NCBI GenBank assembly: GCA_041640035.1 | Contig: JBEQBC010000002.1 | Coordinates: 32,001 to 96,000, forward strand | From: Candidatus Nanohaloarchaea archaeon | GTDB taxonomy: Archaea; Nanohalarchaeota; Nanosalinia; Nanosalinales; Nanosalinaceae | Reading direction: 5' to 3' | DNA: 64,000 nucleotides | In this document: positions 47,755 to 57,567 of the stretch, in pieces | Layout of the letters: every line of letters starts with the position of its first letter | Position numbering within the stretch: position 1 is the stretch's first letter | Made by a program: the position numbers and the translations under genes | The notes under the pieces: generated by a model | Database searches by the model: none | Seen by the model: only the letters and a program-made list of their open reading frames with translations | What the model was told of the DNA's origin: nothing

Positions 47755-48771
47755 ATGACTGACGAAAAAGATGCTTCTGACACCCGTGAACATGTGATAC
47801 CTGGTACGAAGAAAAAGTATACTGGAGAAGATGTAGAGGGATACGATTTCCGGGGAGACTTCGATCTCTCTGAGATGATTGAAAAGTACTCTACGACCGG
47901 TTTCCAGGCCACACACCTGAAGGAAGCTGTTGAACTGGTAAAGGAGATGAGAGACGAGGATGCGAAAATCTTCCTAACTTTCACCTCCAATATTATCAGC
48001 TCCGGGTTGAGAGAAGTAGTTGCATACCTTGCACGGCAGGACTTTGTTGATGTGATTATTACCTCTGCCGGAAGCCATACAGAGGATGTTATCAAGACTA
48101 ACGATGACTTCCAGATGGGAGAATGGGAGGCTGACGAAGCACAGCTTAGAGACGAAGGTATCAACCGGCTGGGCAATATCTATGTTGAGTCTGATCACTA
48201 TGTCTGGCTTGAGTCCTGGTTGAATGAGGACTTCTTCGATAGTTTCTTTGAAGATGAGAAAATCCGGACTCCGAGCGATCTGGCATACGAGTTGGGTGAA
48301 GCAGTAGGTGAAGATGAGGATCTGGATGAAGCTGATTCGTTCATCTACCATGCATACGATAATGATATCCGTGTTTACTGTCCGGCTATGATCGATGCGG
48401 AAATCGGAGATTTCATGTTTTATTACCGGCAGGAACAGGATGAGGACATCGGTATTGAGATCCTTGACGACTGGGACAGTCTGATCAACGAGGCGATCAG
48501 TGCTGAGAAGACTGGCATCATAGCGGTCGGCGACGGCGTGCCTAAGCACCAAGCAATCATGTCGAATCTGTTCAGAGGCGGCACCGATTACGCTGTATAC
48601 ATCTCCACAGGTATGGAAGGTGACGGAAGTCTGAGCGGGGCGCCACCAAAAGAGGCTGTTTCCTGGGGAAAGATCAAGGAAGAAACCAAAAACTACACAC
48701 AGGTTGAAGCTGAGGCTACATTGGTATTCCCGCTTCTAGTGGCTGAGGCGTTCAAAAAATACGATCCATAA
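47755..48771 (+). CDS. dys: Deoxyhypusine synthase
   Basis: GFQAT, TSNIISSGLR, GINRLGN, GVPKH, DGSLSGAPPKEAVSWGK. Confidence 0.95.
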   Translation: MTDEKDASDTREHVIPGTKKKYTGEDVEGYDFRGDFDLSEMIEKYSTTGFQATHLKEAVELVKEMRDEDAKIFLTFTSNIISSGLREVVAYLARQDFVDVIITSAGSHTEDVIKTNDDFQMGEWEADEAQLRDEGINRLGNIYVESDHYVWLESWLNEDFFDSFFEDEKIRTPSDLAYELGEAVGEDEDLDEADSFIYHAYDNDIRVYCPAMIDAEIGDFMFYYRQEQDEDIGIEILDDWDSLINEAISAEKTGIIAVGDGVPKHQAIMSNLFRGGTDYAVYISTGMEGDGSLSGAPPKEAVSWGKIKEETKNYTQVEAEATLVFPLLVAEAFKKYDP

Positions 48772-48779
48772 AGCAAAGG

Positions 48780-49283
48780 TTATTTGCTGTAGTAACTGCT
48801 TACAGCGGCTGATAGCTTAGGGTTATGTGATTCGTCTACAGGTACGCCGCGGTCCATCTTGTGCATTACTTCTATTGTTTCCGCGAATATGACTACGGGG
48901 TTATTCAGAGCTTTATTCGCGTTTTTACCGTAGTAATGTCTTATTCTTTCAGCTTTGAGTAGTTCTTCTCTGTTTTGTTCATCTCTCAGGAACTCGAGGT
49001 ATTTGTCGAAGTTTTCTGGTTTGCTCCATTTTTCGTGGCTTGATAGAAATGTTTTAACTTCTGTTTTGAAGGCTTGAGACTTTAGATTTGCTTTAAACCC
49101 GTTTTCAGAGCTTTTCATGATTCTTACCTGGACCAGGCGTTTTAGCTCTGCTTTGACTGTTGGACTGAGTACTTTTTCAGGTTCTTCTAGCTGCCAGTTG
49201 TCTGCTACTTCTTCCTGTGTCTTCGGGTATACGAATGAAGAAATGTATACCAGGTTTGCCCAGTTACCTTCTCTGAACTCCAC
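48780..49283 (-). CDS. Hypothetical protein
   Basis: 167-aa ORF with GTG start filling intergenic space. Confidence 0.55.
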   Translation of the reverse strand: MEFREGNWANLVYISSFVYPKTQEEVADNWQLEEPEKVLSPTVKAELKRLVQVRIMKSSENGFKANLKSQAFKTEVKTFLSSHEKWSKPENFDKYLEFLRDEQNREELLKAERIRHYYGKNANKALNNPVVIFAETIEVMHKMDRGVPVDESHNPKLSAAVSSYYSK

Positions 49284-49368
49284 TTTTCTAATTCACTTCC
49301 TCTTGAAACAGTTAATGTAGCTGATAAGTTAAAAATCGTGAACCTGTCCAAAAATATGATTTTCCGAG

Positions 49369-49674
49369 TTATTCAGCTCCTTCCTGTGAATCAAGGAGCC
49401 TTGAGATGAATATTCTCAGGGAGTCGATTCCTCCTACAGCTTCTATGAAGTCCTCGGAGACCTGCTCTGATTCTAGGAAAAGCTCTACCATGTCTTCGCT
49501 TACTTCTTCAGCTTCTCTTCCTTCACCATACTCTGGTTCGAATGAGGCCAGTTCCTGGTCGGAGTCAAATATCTTGATGCTTTCTTCGCGGTTTACCAGT
49601 TTGAACTTGCCTGTTTCCATTTCTTTGTCGAATTCGAAGCCGTTGTCGGTCTTGCTGTAGTAACTGTTGAGCAT
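49369..49674 (-). CDS. Hypothetical acidic protein
   Basis: 101-aa ORF with genome-typical composition. Confidence 0.6.
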   Translation of the reverse strand: MLNSYYSKTDNGFEFDKEMETGKFKLVNREESIKIFDSDQELASFEPEYGEGREAEEVSEDMVELFLESEQVSEDFIEAVGGIDSLRIFISRLLDSQEGAE

Positions 49675-49706
49675 TTTCTTACAAAAAGAGAATGTAAAAA
49701 TAAGTT

Positions 49707-50069
49707 TTAAAGTCTTTTAGCGACTTCCTCTGTCAGATCTGCCAGAGCAGGATGTAGTTCGATGGATGAAAGTCTGTGCATTTCTACCCATTCTCCTTGT
49801 TCTGGTTCTCCTTCGATATTTACCTTGTATGGCTGCATCGTGATTTCTTCGCTTTCGTCTTCGAAACTGTTTTTCAGTTTCTTCTTGTATCTCTCGACTT
49901 CAGATCCGCATCCGGTTACTTCAGAGGCTACTCTTTCTGCAGCGTCTGCTGAGAGTTCTCCTTCCTCTCCGTAACCCATCGGGATCTTGTAGTTTTCGCT
50001 TCCCTCCTTTTTCAGAAGCAAGATTTTCTGATCGCGAACAATTAAACTTCCAGAAACCTCATGAACCAT
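49707..50069 (-). CDS. NUDIX-fold protein with degenerate Nudix box
   Basis: KILLLK...IPMGYGEEGELSADAAERVASEVTG. Confidence 0.7.
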   Translation of the reverse strand: MVHEVSGSLIVRDQKILLLKKEGSENYKIPMGYGEEGELSADAAERVASEVTGCGSEVERYKKKLKNSFEDESEEITMQPYKVNIEGEPEQGEWVEMHRLSSIELHPALADLTEEVAKRL

Positions 50070-50099
50070 ATACTATAATTCGTAAGCTTTGCTTATAAA

Positions 50100-50459
50100 C
50101 TAATAGCGGAAATCACCAGAATCCTCCGCATACATACCTGATTCATTATAGAACTCAGCCTCAACATACAGCCCCTCTCCTTCATACTGTGAAAGACCTT
50201 CACATGGAACTATACCGCCCGAATTTCTTACAGGAGACTCTCCAGTACAGACAGATTCATCAGCACTGTTGAAGACTTGGATTTCAGCCTCGCAGCCGCT
50301 TCCCAAGATCCATAGTGGAAGCTTAGACTGGCCAAATCCTGTGATATCGCCCGAACAATTTACAGCTACTCCAGGGCTGGCTCCCAGAGCGTAAGAGAAT
50401 CCGAAAACCATTACAGCAGCACTCACCACCGTAATAAGTAGTGCCAGAAGTCTGATCAT
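50100..50459 (-). CDS. Small secreted or membrane-anchored protein
   Basis: Signal or TM segment, four Cys, SD GGAGG upstream. Confidence 0.6.
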   Translation of the reverse strand: MIRLLALLITVVSAAVMVFGFSYALGASPGVAVNCSGDITGFGQSKLPLWILGSGCEAEIQVFNSADESVCTGESPVRNSGGIVPCEGLSQYEGEGLYVEAEFYNESGMYAEDSGDFRY

Positions 50460-50568
50460 ATTTCTCTCCTCCTTAATTCTGTATTCTCAACTATATATTG
50501 TATAACTTCCTTCATCAATTGAGTTTTGATCTGATTCAATTAAAGTGTTGACTCAATAGAAAGGCTAG

Positions 50569-50641
<73 letters not shown>

Positions 50642-50754
50642 ATTCCGTGGTAAACAGATTCCCTGTCAATTTTTTAAACATAAAGTATGACCTCTCCCAG
50701 AAAACCGTGATGCGGTAAAAAGCAAAACCTATTTAATTCTGTTGTTACTAATTA

Positions 50755-51321
50755 GTGAATATGAATTCTGGAGATTATCTTGAAAGAGTTGACGGCGGTG
50801 AAACGGTCAGAGTAAATGACCTGTATCTATCAGGGGATTATGAGGCTCTGGTAGATATATTTGAGCATTCTACAGTGACCGGAGGAACTCTCGAAGTCGA
50901 CTCCAGTTATGCCAATGATGTAATGTATGATGACGAATTCGATCCCATTGAGAAAGTGGAAGACGGAGTGGCCAATCTCCTAGAGAACCAGTACGAAGAA
51001 GGTTTCAACAAGGCCAACGAGAAGATGAAAGAGCTCTACAACAGATTGAGCTGGAACGATGTAAGAGACAGAGCTCTGGACAAGGCCAGCAAGAACGAGA
51101 AGAAGGTTAAAGCAGCGACCGCAGGAATGGGTCTAGGCGCCTTAGGAATAGCAGGCGGAATCGGCCTAGAAAAGGTACACCTTCTGGGCGGAGGCGCAGC
51201 ACTTGAAGTGATATCCGCTAACAGAAGTGCAACATGGCAGGGAATGCGTGAAAGAGAACTGAGAGAAGCCGCAAAAGGCTTGAACCAGGGTTACGCCAAC
51301 CACGAGATCAACATAAGATAA
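50755..51321 (+). CDS. Hypothetical protein with Gly/Ala-rich hydrophobic hairpin (paralogue 1)
   Basis: AATAGMGLGALGIAGGIG...GGGAA hairpin; C-terminus aligns with 51334-51993. Confidence 0.65.
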   Translation: MNMNSGDYLERVDGGETVRVNDLYLSGDYEALVDIFEHSTVTGGTLEVDSSYANDVMYDDEFDPIEKVEDGVANLLENQYEEGFNKANEKMKELYNRLSWNDVRDRALDKASKNEKKVKAATAGMGLGALGIAGGIGLEKVHLLGGGAALEVISANRSATWQGMRERELREAAKGLNQGYANHEINIR

Positions 51322-51333
51322 CTGCCCGGAAAG

Positions 51334-51993
51334 ATGATAAGAGATAACCCGGATCAAGTTGACCTTCAGTACAGTGATTTACTGAGTGATTCACCTACAG
51401 AAGCAGTTCTCATGCTAGACGATCCGGAAGTAGAAATCGATAACTACAGTAAACAGATAGTCGTACCTGAAAGCTATGCTGACTCAGGTATTGATTCTTT
51501 CATAAATCAACCTTTGGGAACTGTAAAGAAAAATGTAGAGAACAATTTTCAGGACGCTTACAGGAAAATCAAAGATTCCAATCCTGTAGGAAGCCCTTTC
51601 TACCATTTTGGAAAGGAAAGAGAGGAAAGTGCAGAAGATACGGACAGCAAGGATTTCAGGCACAGAATCTGGGATGCCGAGGACGACCATAGAAAATCAG
51701 CTTACGCCACAACTACAGCATTTACCGGCTTCGGAGCTTCAGTCGCTTCACAGAAGGAAGAAGCCGCAGCAGCATTTGGAGCTGCTACTGCAGGTGTTGC
51801 CGCATTCAATAGTTACTCAAGAGGTAGAAGAGACGATATGCTTGAAGAAGCTGTATCAGGTCTTTCAGAAGCTTATGGCGAATACGATATAGAGTTTAAG
51901 GAAGATGATAGAAGAAGTGAGAGAATTAGAAAGGTGGGCGAAGGAATTAAGGAGAGAACAAACTGGGTTAGAGACACTCTAGAAGCACTTTAA
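51334..51993 (+). CDS. Hypothetical protein with Gly/Ala-rich hydrophobic hairpin (paralogue 2)
   Basis: RGRRDDMLEEAVSGLSEAYGEYDIEF aligns with QGMRERELREAAKGLNQGYANHEINI. Confidence 0.65.
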   Translation: MIRDNPDQVDLQYSDLLSDSPTEAVLMLDDPEVEIDNYSKQIVVPESYADSGIDSFINQPLGTVKKNVENNFQDAYRKIKDSNPVGSPFYHFGKEREESAEDTDSKDFRHRIWDAEDDHRKSAYATTTAFTGFGASVASQKEEAAAAFGAATAGVAAFNSYSRGRRDDMLEEAVSGLSEAYGEYDIEFKEDDRRSERIRKVGEGIKERTNWVRDTLEAL

Positions 51994-52059
51994 AATAGAG
52001 AATGCAGTTATTCATCGATCTTCGTTAATTTAAAAACGGATCAAGTTTTCTATAACATC

Positions 52060-53367
52060 ATGGATCGGGAACTGCTGACAGTTTTTCTTCTTGCTACTGC
52101 AGTTGTTGGTGGCGTGGTGTATGGATTTTCGGGTACTGATAACAGAAATATTGAGGATTCGAAGACGGTTTCATGTCTCTCAGAATATAATCAGTGCAAA
52201 GCTTTGGAGTTGAAGGAAAGAATTGAGAGTTGTGAATACTGGTATGTAGGAATGAATAGATCCGAACTAGACTGCGAGTATACGGATAAAAATACTGAAG
52301 AAGTAGGGCTCAGAACTGACCCTGCTAACTATGTTGAAGGTGATTTTTCAGATCTCAACTATACTAAAAGTGTTGTTTCCGATATTGGAGGTCTTCTATG
52401 GGATCTGGAGTTTCTCCGGAACGATTCTATGATTTTGACTATGAGAAACGGTACGGTAGTACATTTCGGGGAAGATAATACATCTTACTACAGTGTTGAT
52501 ACGATAGATAAGAATGAAGCGGGTTTAATGGGTGTAGCAGTCCATCCTAACTATTCTGAAAATCGGAAAATCTATCTTTACAGAACATATGAGCGTACGA
52601 ATGAAAGCTCTGGCAACAGCCAGATACTTAGAAGCAGAATATCATCCTTTGTCCTGGGAGAAAAACATTTGAAGAATGAAACTGTTTTGATTGACGATAT
52701 ACCGGCGACCAAGTATCATGCAGGCGGAAGAATTGAAATCGGACCTGATAAAAAGCTTTACGCGACTACAGGAGACGCAGAAAATCTTTCTGCTGCTCAA
52801 GATATCTCTAAACTTAACGGTAAGATTTTACGGATGAATCTTGACGGCTCAATACCAGAGAACAATCCATTTAACGATAGCAGGGTGTACTCCTATGGAC
52901 ATAGAAATCCTCAAGGATTGGCTTGGAACAGTAACGGTACTCTTTTCTCATCGGAACATGGCGACTGGAGATATGATGAAGTAAATAGAATCATCCCCGG
53001 AGAGAACTATGGATGGGGTATAAAGCAGTGCGACGAGTTCAGAGAAAAAGACGACTATAATAAAGATTTCAAAGACCCTGTTTCATGCTACAAGAACTTC
53101 ACATTAGCACCTAGCGGAATGACTTTCGTAAATGACAAGAATCATCCCTGGTACAACAATATGTTCCTCGCCAGTCTAAGAGGAGATCATATACGCAACT
53201 ACCAGTTCAAAGGCAATAAACTAGAGAAAGAATCCATATTCCACTACAGAAATCAAACAAAAGCTCCCTTCTATTCAAGAAGAATGAGAGATGTCGAATT
53301 CCAAAATGACTCGCTATTCATTATAGGAGATTTTGCCGGGATAATCCGGCTTAAACCTCAAAATTAA
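52060..53367 (+). CDS. Membrane-anchored PQQ-dependent sugar dehydrogenase (GSDH beta-propeller)
   Basis: GLMGVAVHP, HAGGRIEIGPD, GKILR, YGHRNPQGLAW, EHG..DEVN, APSG. Confidence 0.9.
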   Translation: MDRELLTVFLLATAVVGGVVYGFSGTDNRNIEDSKTVSCLSEYNQCKALELKERIESCEYWYVGMNRSELDCEYTDKNTEEVGLRTDPANYVEGDFSDLNYTKSVVSDIGGLLWDLEFLRNDSMILTMRNGTVVHFGEDNTSYYSVDTIDKNEAGLMGVAVHPNYSENRKIYLYRTYERTNESSGNSQILRSRISSFVLGEKHLKNETVLIDDIPATKYHAGGRIEIGPDKKLYATTGDAENLSAAQDISKLNGKILRMNLDGSIPENNPFNDSRVYSYGHRNPQGLAWNSNGTLFSSEHGDWRYDEVNRIIPGENYGWGIKQCDEFREKDDYNKDFKDPVSCYKNFTLAPSGMTFVNDKNHPWYNNMFLASLRGDHIRNYQFKGNKLEKESIFHYRNQTKAPFYSRRMRDVEFQNDSLFIIGDFAGIIRLKPQN

Positions 53368-53394
53368 AGGAGGAAAAAATGTTGGATAGAAGAA

Positions 53395-54525
53395 TTAGTC
53401 GAGGAATTCCTTGTTCTCGATCTTCTCTGGCAGGTATTCGTTGGCTACGAACTCTAGGCTGTTGGCTGCAAGTGCCTGCTGCTCAACTCTTACGCCTTTG
53501 TCAAGCATCTTCTGGAACTGTTTCTGCCAGTCGTCGTTCTGCATCCATTCGTAGTCCATGACATCGTGGATTCTTTTGTAGTCCTTTGTCGGTCCGCCAG
53601 CGTCTTCTGGCTTTCCTTTCAGGTCTTCTGTTACATGTTCTAGTCCGTATTCCTCGATGTCCTCCATTGTCATACCGATAAGCCTGGCTTCTGGAGTCGC
53701 TAAACGGTCTGACTGGAATGCCAAGGACATGGATCCACTTTTGAGGACGCTGTAGATGTAGTATCCCCATGGGTCGCCGTCAGTGAAGACATAGACCGGA
53801 AGTTCCAGTTCGTTGTGCATCATGTTGATGAGTCTTCTTGCTCCACGAGCTGGCTGTCCTCCTGTACCGATGATGATCGCGTCGTGTTCTTCATGGAAGT
53901 CTTCTTCGACCAGTCGGTTGACCATAGCACTTGTCTCGACTACAAGAACGAAATCAGCATTGTGCTCCTCGAACTCCAAGTGGTCAACGATTGACGGGAT
54001 TGCCATTCCGGCACTTCCCATACTCATACCGTCGATGATATCTCCCGAGTCGTTGATCTTGATCGGTCCGAACAGACGCCCTTTTGGCTCTGCGAATAGA
54101 TGTAGGTCTTCTCTGATCGCTCCTGTAGCCGTCTCGATATCGACTACTACATTGTTGGATTCGTCCTGATCCTCAAATGTGTTCTCGTCGAGTCCTGGTA
54201 CGCTGTGCTTCAATTGGTAGTATACTTCTCGGATGGAAGCTGTTCTACCGTTCTCTACTAACTCTTTGGCTTTGTTTGCGACCAATGTTGTCTGCATGAA
54301 CTTTCTTGCGTGGCTGATGTTCAGGAACTTTCTTGTGGAGTAGCTGTCGCCGAGTGATAGTCGGCCTTCTTCTTCATCGTACTCTACATTTGATTTGGAC
54401 CGTACCTGTGTATCAATTGTCAGGTTATCCTGCTCATCGCCGTCCAGTTGTTCTAAGAGCTGTCTTCCAAGCCTTGTCAGTCTTTCCAGTGTTGTCTGAT
54501 CGTTTTTCAGGTCTTTCTTTGGCAT
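53395..54525 (-). CDS. top6A: DNA topoisomerase VI subunit A
   Basis: SIREVYY catalytic Tyr region, F..QDES, LVVE, GQP, DGDPWG. Confidence 0.96.
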   Translation of the reverse strand: MPKKDLKNDQTTLERLTRLGRQLLEQLDGDEQDNLTIDTQVRSKSNVEYDEEEGRLSLGDSYSTRKFLNISHARKFMQTTLVANKAKELVENGRTASIREVYYQLKHSVPGLDENTFEDQDESNNVVVDIETATGAIREDLHLFAEPKGRLFGPIKINDSGDIIDGMSMGSAGMAIPSIVDHLEFEEHNADFVLVVETSAMVNRLVEEDFHEEHDAIIIGTGGQPARGARRLINMMHNELELPVYVFTDGDPWGYYIYSVLKSGSMSLAFQSDRLATPEARLIGMTMEDIEEYGLEHVTEDLKGKPEDAGGPTKDYKRIHDVMDYEWMQNDDWQKQFQKMLDKGVRVEQQALAANSLEFVANEYLPEKIENKEFLD

Positions 54526-54601
54526 TTATTTTTCACCTTGATTTTGTGTCATTTCTCTTTTTGTCGTAGTAATGGTTTCCCTCATTTTGGTTTCTCCTCG
54601 T

Positions 54602-56197
54602 CTAAAGCTGTTCAGGGTTGTAGTCCCTCTGGACCATTGCCTGGATTTGATCTTCGATTTCTTCTGGGTCGCCTTCTCCTGCTAGCTGGGCGATTGCTGG
54701 CCCCATCTCTTTGGCGTAGCTTGTAAGCTGTCTTTTCTTCTTCTCCTGGATTTCCTTTCTTTCTTTTCTTTTCAGGTATTTTCCAAGCTTTCTTCCTGCT
54801 TCCTGAAGCGCTAACTTCATCTCTTTCCGGATAGGATCGTAGTTGGCTACGGCTTCCTTTCCTTCTGAGGTGAAAGGTACCCAGACTGATACGATATGTA
54901 CTGAGATGTACAGAGGGCCTTGTGGCCGTCCGCCTGACTGACTAATGTTGTATCTGCTCCAGTCTACAGATTCTATTGCTTTTGTGGTTACGCAGCTGCT
55001 TTTCTTGTATAGTAGCGGTACCTTGTTTGCGTACCGTAGTTCGTTGAAGCTTCCTTCGTCTTCGATGTCTCCTCCCCATGCTAGTCCGACTTCTACCTGG
55101 AATGGATTACCTTGGTAGACTTTCGGTTTGCGTGTAACGGATTCTGTGAATTCTGGATTGAGCTCTTTCTTGAGTCCTTTGAGCATCAGGTCTTCTCCGA
55201 CAGGTGATAGGCAGTCGGTTGGAGGGCTCTGAAGATCTACTCTCTGTGCTGCTTTCAGTACTTGTTCTACCTCGTCTTTTTCGAGTGTGTTCGGTCTTCT
55301 TCCTTCGTCTATATCTGCTTCTTCACATATGGCTTCTGCACTGGTTCTCCCTACACGAGTGAACTCGTTCTGCAGGAAGCTGGAGATTGTGCGTGCTGAG
55401 CTGTTGTCGATCATTCTCAGCATGACTCCTAGTTCCACTCCATGTGGATGTGGTTTGATCTCCTTTGGCTTCTCTGGTAACTGTTTGGATACACGCGGGT
55501 ATTCTATTTTGTTGCCGTCTGGTTCCCGTAGTACGACTCTTGCGTACGGGTTCATGATCGCGGTATGTTTCAGGTAGTTCCTTACGCTGTGATGGCCGTG
55601 TGTGTATTTGGCCTCGATGTTCATTTCGATGGTTGTTCCGTGGTCGAAGTAGTAGTCTTTGTCTCCAGGGAATTCATCGCTGTCTGGGTCGACCTGTTCT
55701 TCTTCGATGATTTCTGGTTCGTTGGTTTCTGTGTCGATCCGTACTACGAACTTGTTGCAGGGTTCTCCTTCCTGTTTTGAGTATACTGTTACGGGTTCTC
55801 CTGTGGTTAGCTGTGCGTACATTGCAGATGCGGAGATTCCGATTCCCTGCTGTCCACGGCTTTGCTGTAGTTTGTGGAATTTGGATCCGTAAAGTAGTTT
55901 TCCGAATACTTTCGGTATTGTTTCTCGGTCTAGTCCAATTGCGTTGTCTCTTATTTCGACTCGGCATTTCTGGTCGTCGTATTCGTCGACTAGGACATGT
56001 ACTTCTGGCAGTATTTCGTCTTCTTCACATGCGTCTAGGCTGTTGTCAACTGCTTCTTTGACGACTGTTATTATTGATTTTTGTGCGTTTTCGAATCCGA
56101 GTAGGTGTTTGTTTTTCTCGAAGAATTCTGCTACCGATATTTCACGGTGTTCAGATTCTTCTGGTATTTCTTCTTCAATTCCGTTTCCGTTTGGCAT
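54602..56197 (-). CDS. top6B: DNA topoisomerase VI subunit B
   Basis: EISVAEFFEKN, KEAVDNSLDA, QSRGQQGIGIS, HPHG, RYANKVPL, VPFTSEGKE. Confidence 0.97.
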   Translation of the reverse strand: MPNGNGIEEEIPEESEHREISVAEFFEKNKHLLGFENAQKSIITVVKEAVDNSLDACEEDEILPEVHVLVDEYDDQKCRVEIRDNAIGLDRETIPKVFGKLLYGSKFHKLQQSRGQQGIGISASAMYAQLTTGEPVTVYSKQEGEPCNKFVVRIDTETNEPEIIEEEQVDPDSDEFPGDKDYYFDHGTTIEMNIEAKYTHGHHSVRNYLKHTAIMNPYARVVLREPDGNKIEYPRVSKQLPEKPKEIKPHPHGVELGVMLRMIDNSSARTISSFLQNEFTRVGRTSAEAICEEADIDEGRRPNTLEKDEVEQVLKAAQRVDLQSPPTDCLSPVGEDLMLKGLKKELNPEFTESVTRKPKVYQGNPFQVEVGLAWGGDIEDEGSFNELRYANKVPLLYKKSSCVTTKAIESVDWSRYNISQSGGRPQGPLYISVHIVSVWVPFTSEGKEAVANYDPIRKEMKLALQEAGRKLGKYLKRKERKEIQEKKKRQLTSYAKEMGPAIAQLAGEGDPEEIEDQIQAMVQRDYNPEQL

Positions 56198-56223
56198 GGT
56201 ATCTCCTCAGAAAGTTGTGGTAT

Positions 56224-56727
56224 CTACTTTTTGATTTTGTCTTGGTTTTTTTCAAGGTAGTTATAGGCTGTAGAGTGACTACTGCCCTTCAACAATATGT
56301 TGATGGCTTCGACTGCTACCTCGATGTTCTGTGCGTGTCCTATGACTCCTATGGTTTTTCCGTAGACTGAGATCTGCGTTTCGCTCATCTTTTCGATGTG
56401 TCTGCGTGCTTCGCCGTCTCTTCCGATTACTCTTCCTTTGAGCCTTTCCAGATCGTTGTTGGTGTCTGCGAAACGGTTGAGGTCGATAAGGTGTAGGACA
56501 TGTTGTTCCTGTATCAGGTTGAATGCTTTTTCCGGGTTGAATCCTCGGCCTATAGCTTTGACTATCTGCTGCGCTGTCATTTCGTCGAGCGGGTCGCCTT
56601 CTATCTTGACGGTGTTGCCTTTCAGGCTGATTTCACAGTCTGTTACATCCTGGAACTCTTCCTTGGTCTCTCCTCCGCTTCCGATTACTACCCCGACTCG
56701 TTCCTCCGGGATTCTTACCTGTTTCAT
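56224..56727 (-). CDS. KH-domain ribosome-biogenesis protein (Dim2/Pno1/Krr1 family)
   Basis: VIGSGG, KAIGRGF, GRVIGRDG, H..AY..L motifs; conserved position next to RIO1 and topo VI. Confidence 0.93.
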   Translation of the reverse strand: MKQVRIPEERVGVVIGSGGETKEEFQDVTDCEISLKGNTVKIEGDPLDEMTAQQIVKAIGRGFNPEKAFNLIQEQHVLHLIDLNRFADTNNDLERLKGRVIGRDGEARRHIEKMSETQISVYGKTIGVIGHAQNIEVAVEAINILLKGSSHSTAYNYLEKNQDKIKK

Positions 56728-56787
56728 GTGACTATATACATGGTTTCTCTGCCAATCTTTTTATACCTTGGACGGGTTGAAACCGTG

Positions 56788-57567
56788 TTATTCGGGCTGT
56801 AGAACGGTTTGAAGGGCTTCTTCGGTATCGATCTCTGCACCCTGTCTCCTGAAGAAGTTGGCCACATTTTCGATATCTCTTTCCAGAAGTGTTTCAGCTT
56901 CAGGATGTGTCTTGTGAAGACCTTGAGAGAAATCGATAAACACCAGTTCGGCCTCATCAGTTATCAGTATGTTATACTCCGAGAGATCACCGTGAACCAG
57001 CTTTTCCTGATCCCAGAGCCGTTTCATGTCTTTGAGAACTACATTGAACGCTTCTTCAGGGTTCTCTATCTCTACATCCTTCATCTTTGGGAAAGGCGAG
57101 AACTCTCGGCCTATGAACTCCATCACCAAAATGTTTTCTTGGAATGCTATCGGTTCCGGGCAGCGGAGTACATTTGATGCTTTTTTCAGGTTCTTGAACT
57201 CTTTTTTACACCATTCGTTGATTACTGATCTTCTGTCGTCCTTGAAGTTTCTGAACCGTTTATCTCCTCTGAGATACTGCTTCATGTTCCTGAAGTCGCC
57301 GGCATCCGTCATGTAGATCTTTACAATTACGCGTTCATCATCGTAGGTATCTGCGAGGAAGACCAGTGATTCTTTTCCCGACTCTATAGTCCCGTACATC
57401 TTCTTGATGACTTCTCGATCCTTGAGCTCGAGTAAGGCATCCATGGTGCTGTCGTCCAGCACATTTTCGAAGGTCTTCTTCGCCTCTGAACTATCGAACA
57501 TTCGCCGGGATTCTTCCTTCCAGCGTTCGTCAAAGTCTCTTGGATCTTCGTTCAAAGAGGTTTTCAC
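56788..57567 (-). CDS. rio1: RIO1 serine/threonine kinase
   Basis: SGKES.V, VKIY, KEFKNL, LVHGDLSEYNIL, IDFSQ. Confidence 0.94.
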   Translation of the reverse strand: MKTSLNEDPRDFDERWKEESRRMFDSSEAKKTFENVLDDSTMDALLELKDREVIKKMYGTIESGKESLVFLADTYDDERVIVKIYMTDAGDFRNMKQYLRGDKRFRNFKDDRRSVINEWCKKEFKNLKKASNVLRCPEPIAFQENILVMEFIGREFSPFPKMKDVEIENPEEAFNVVLKDMKRLWDQEKLVHGDLSEYNILITDEAELVFIDFSQGLHKTHPEAETLLERDIENVANFFRRQGAEIDTEEALQTVLQPE

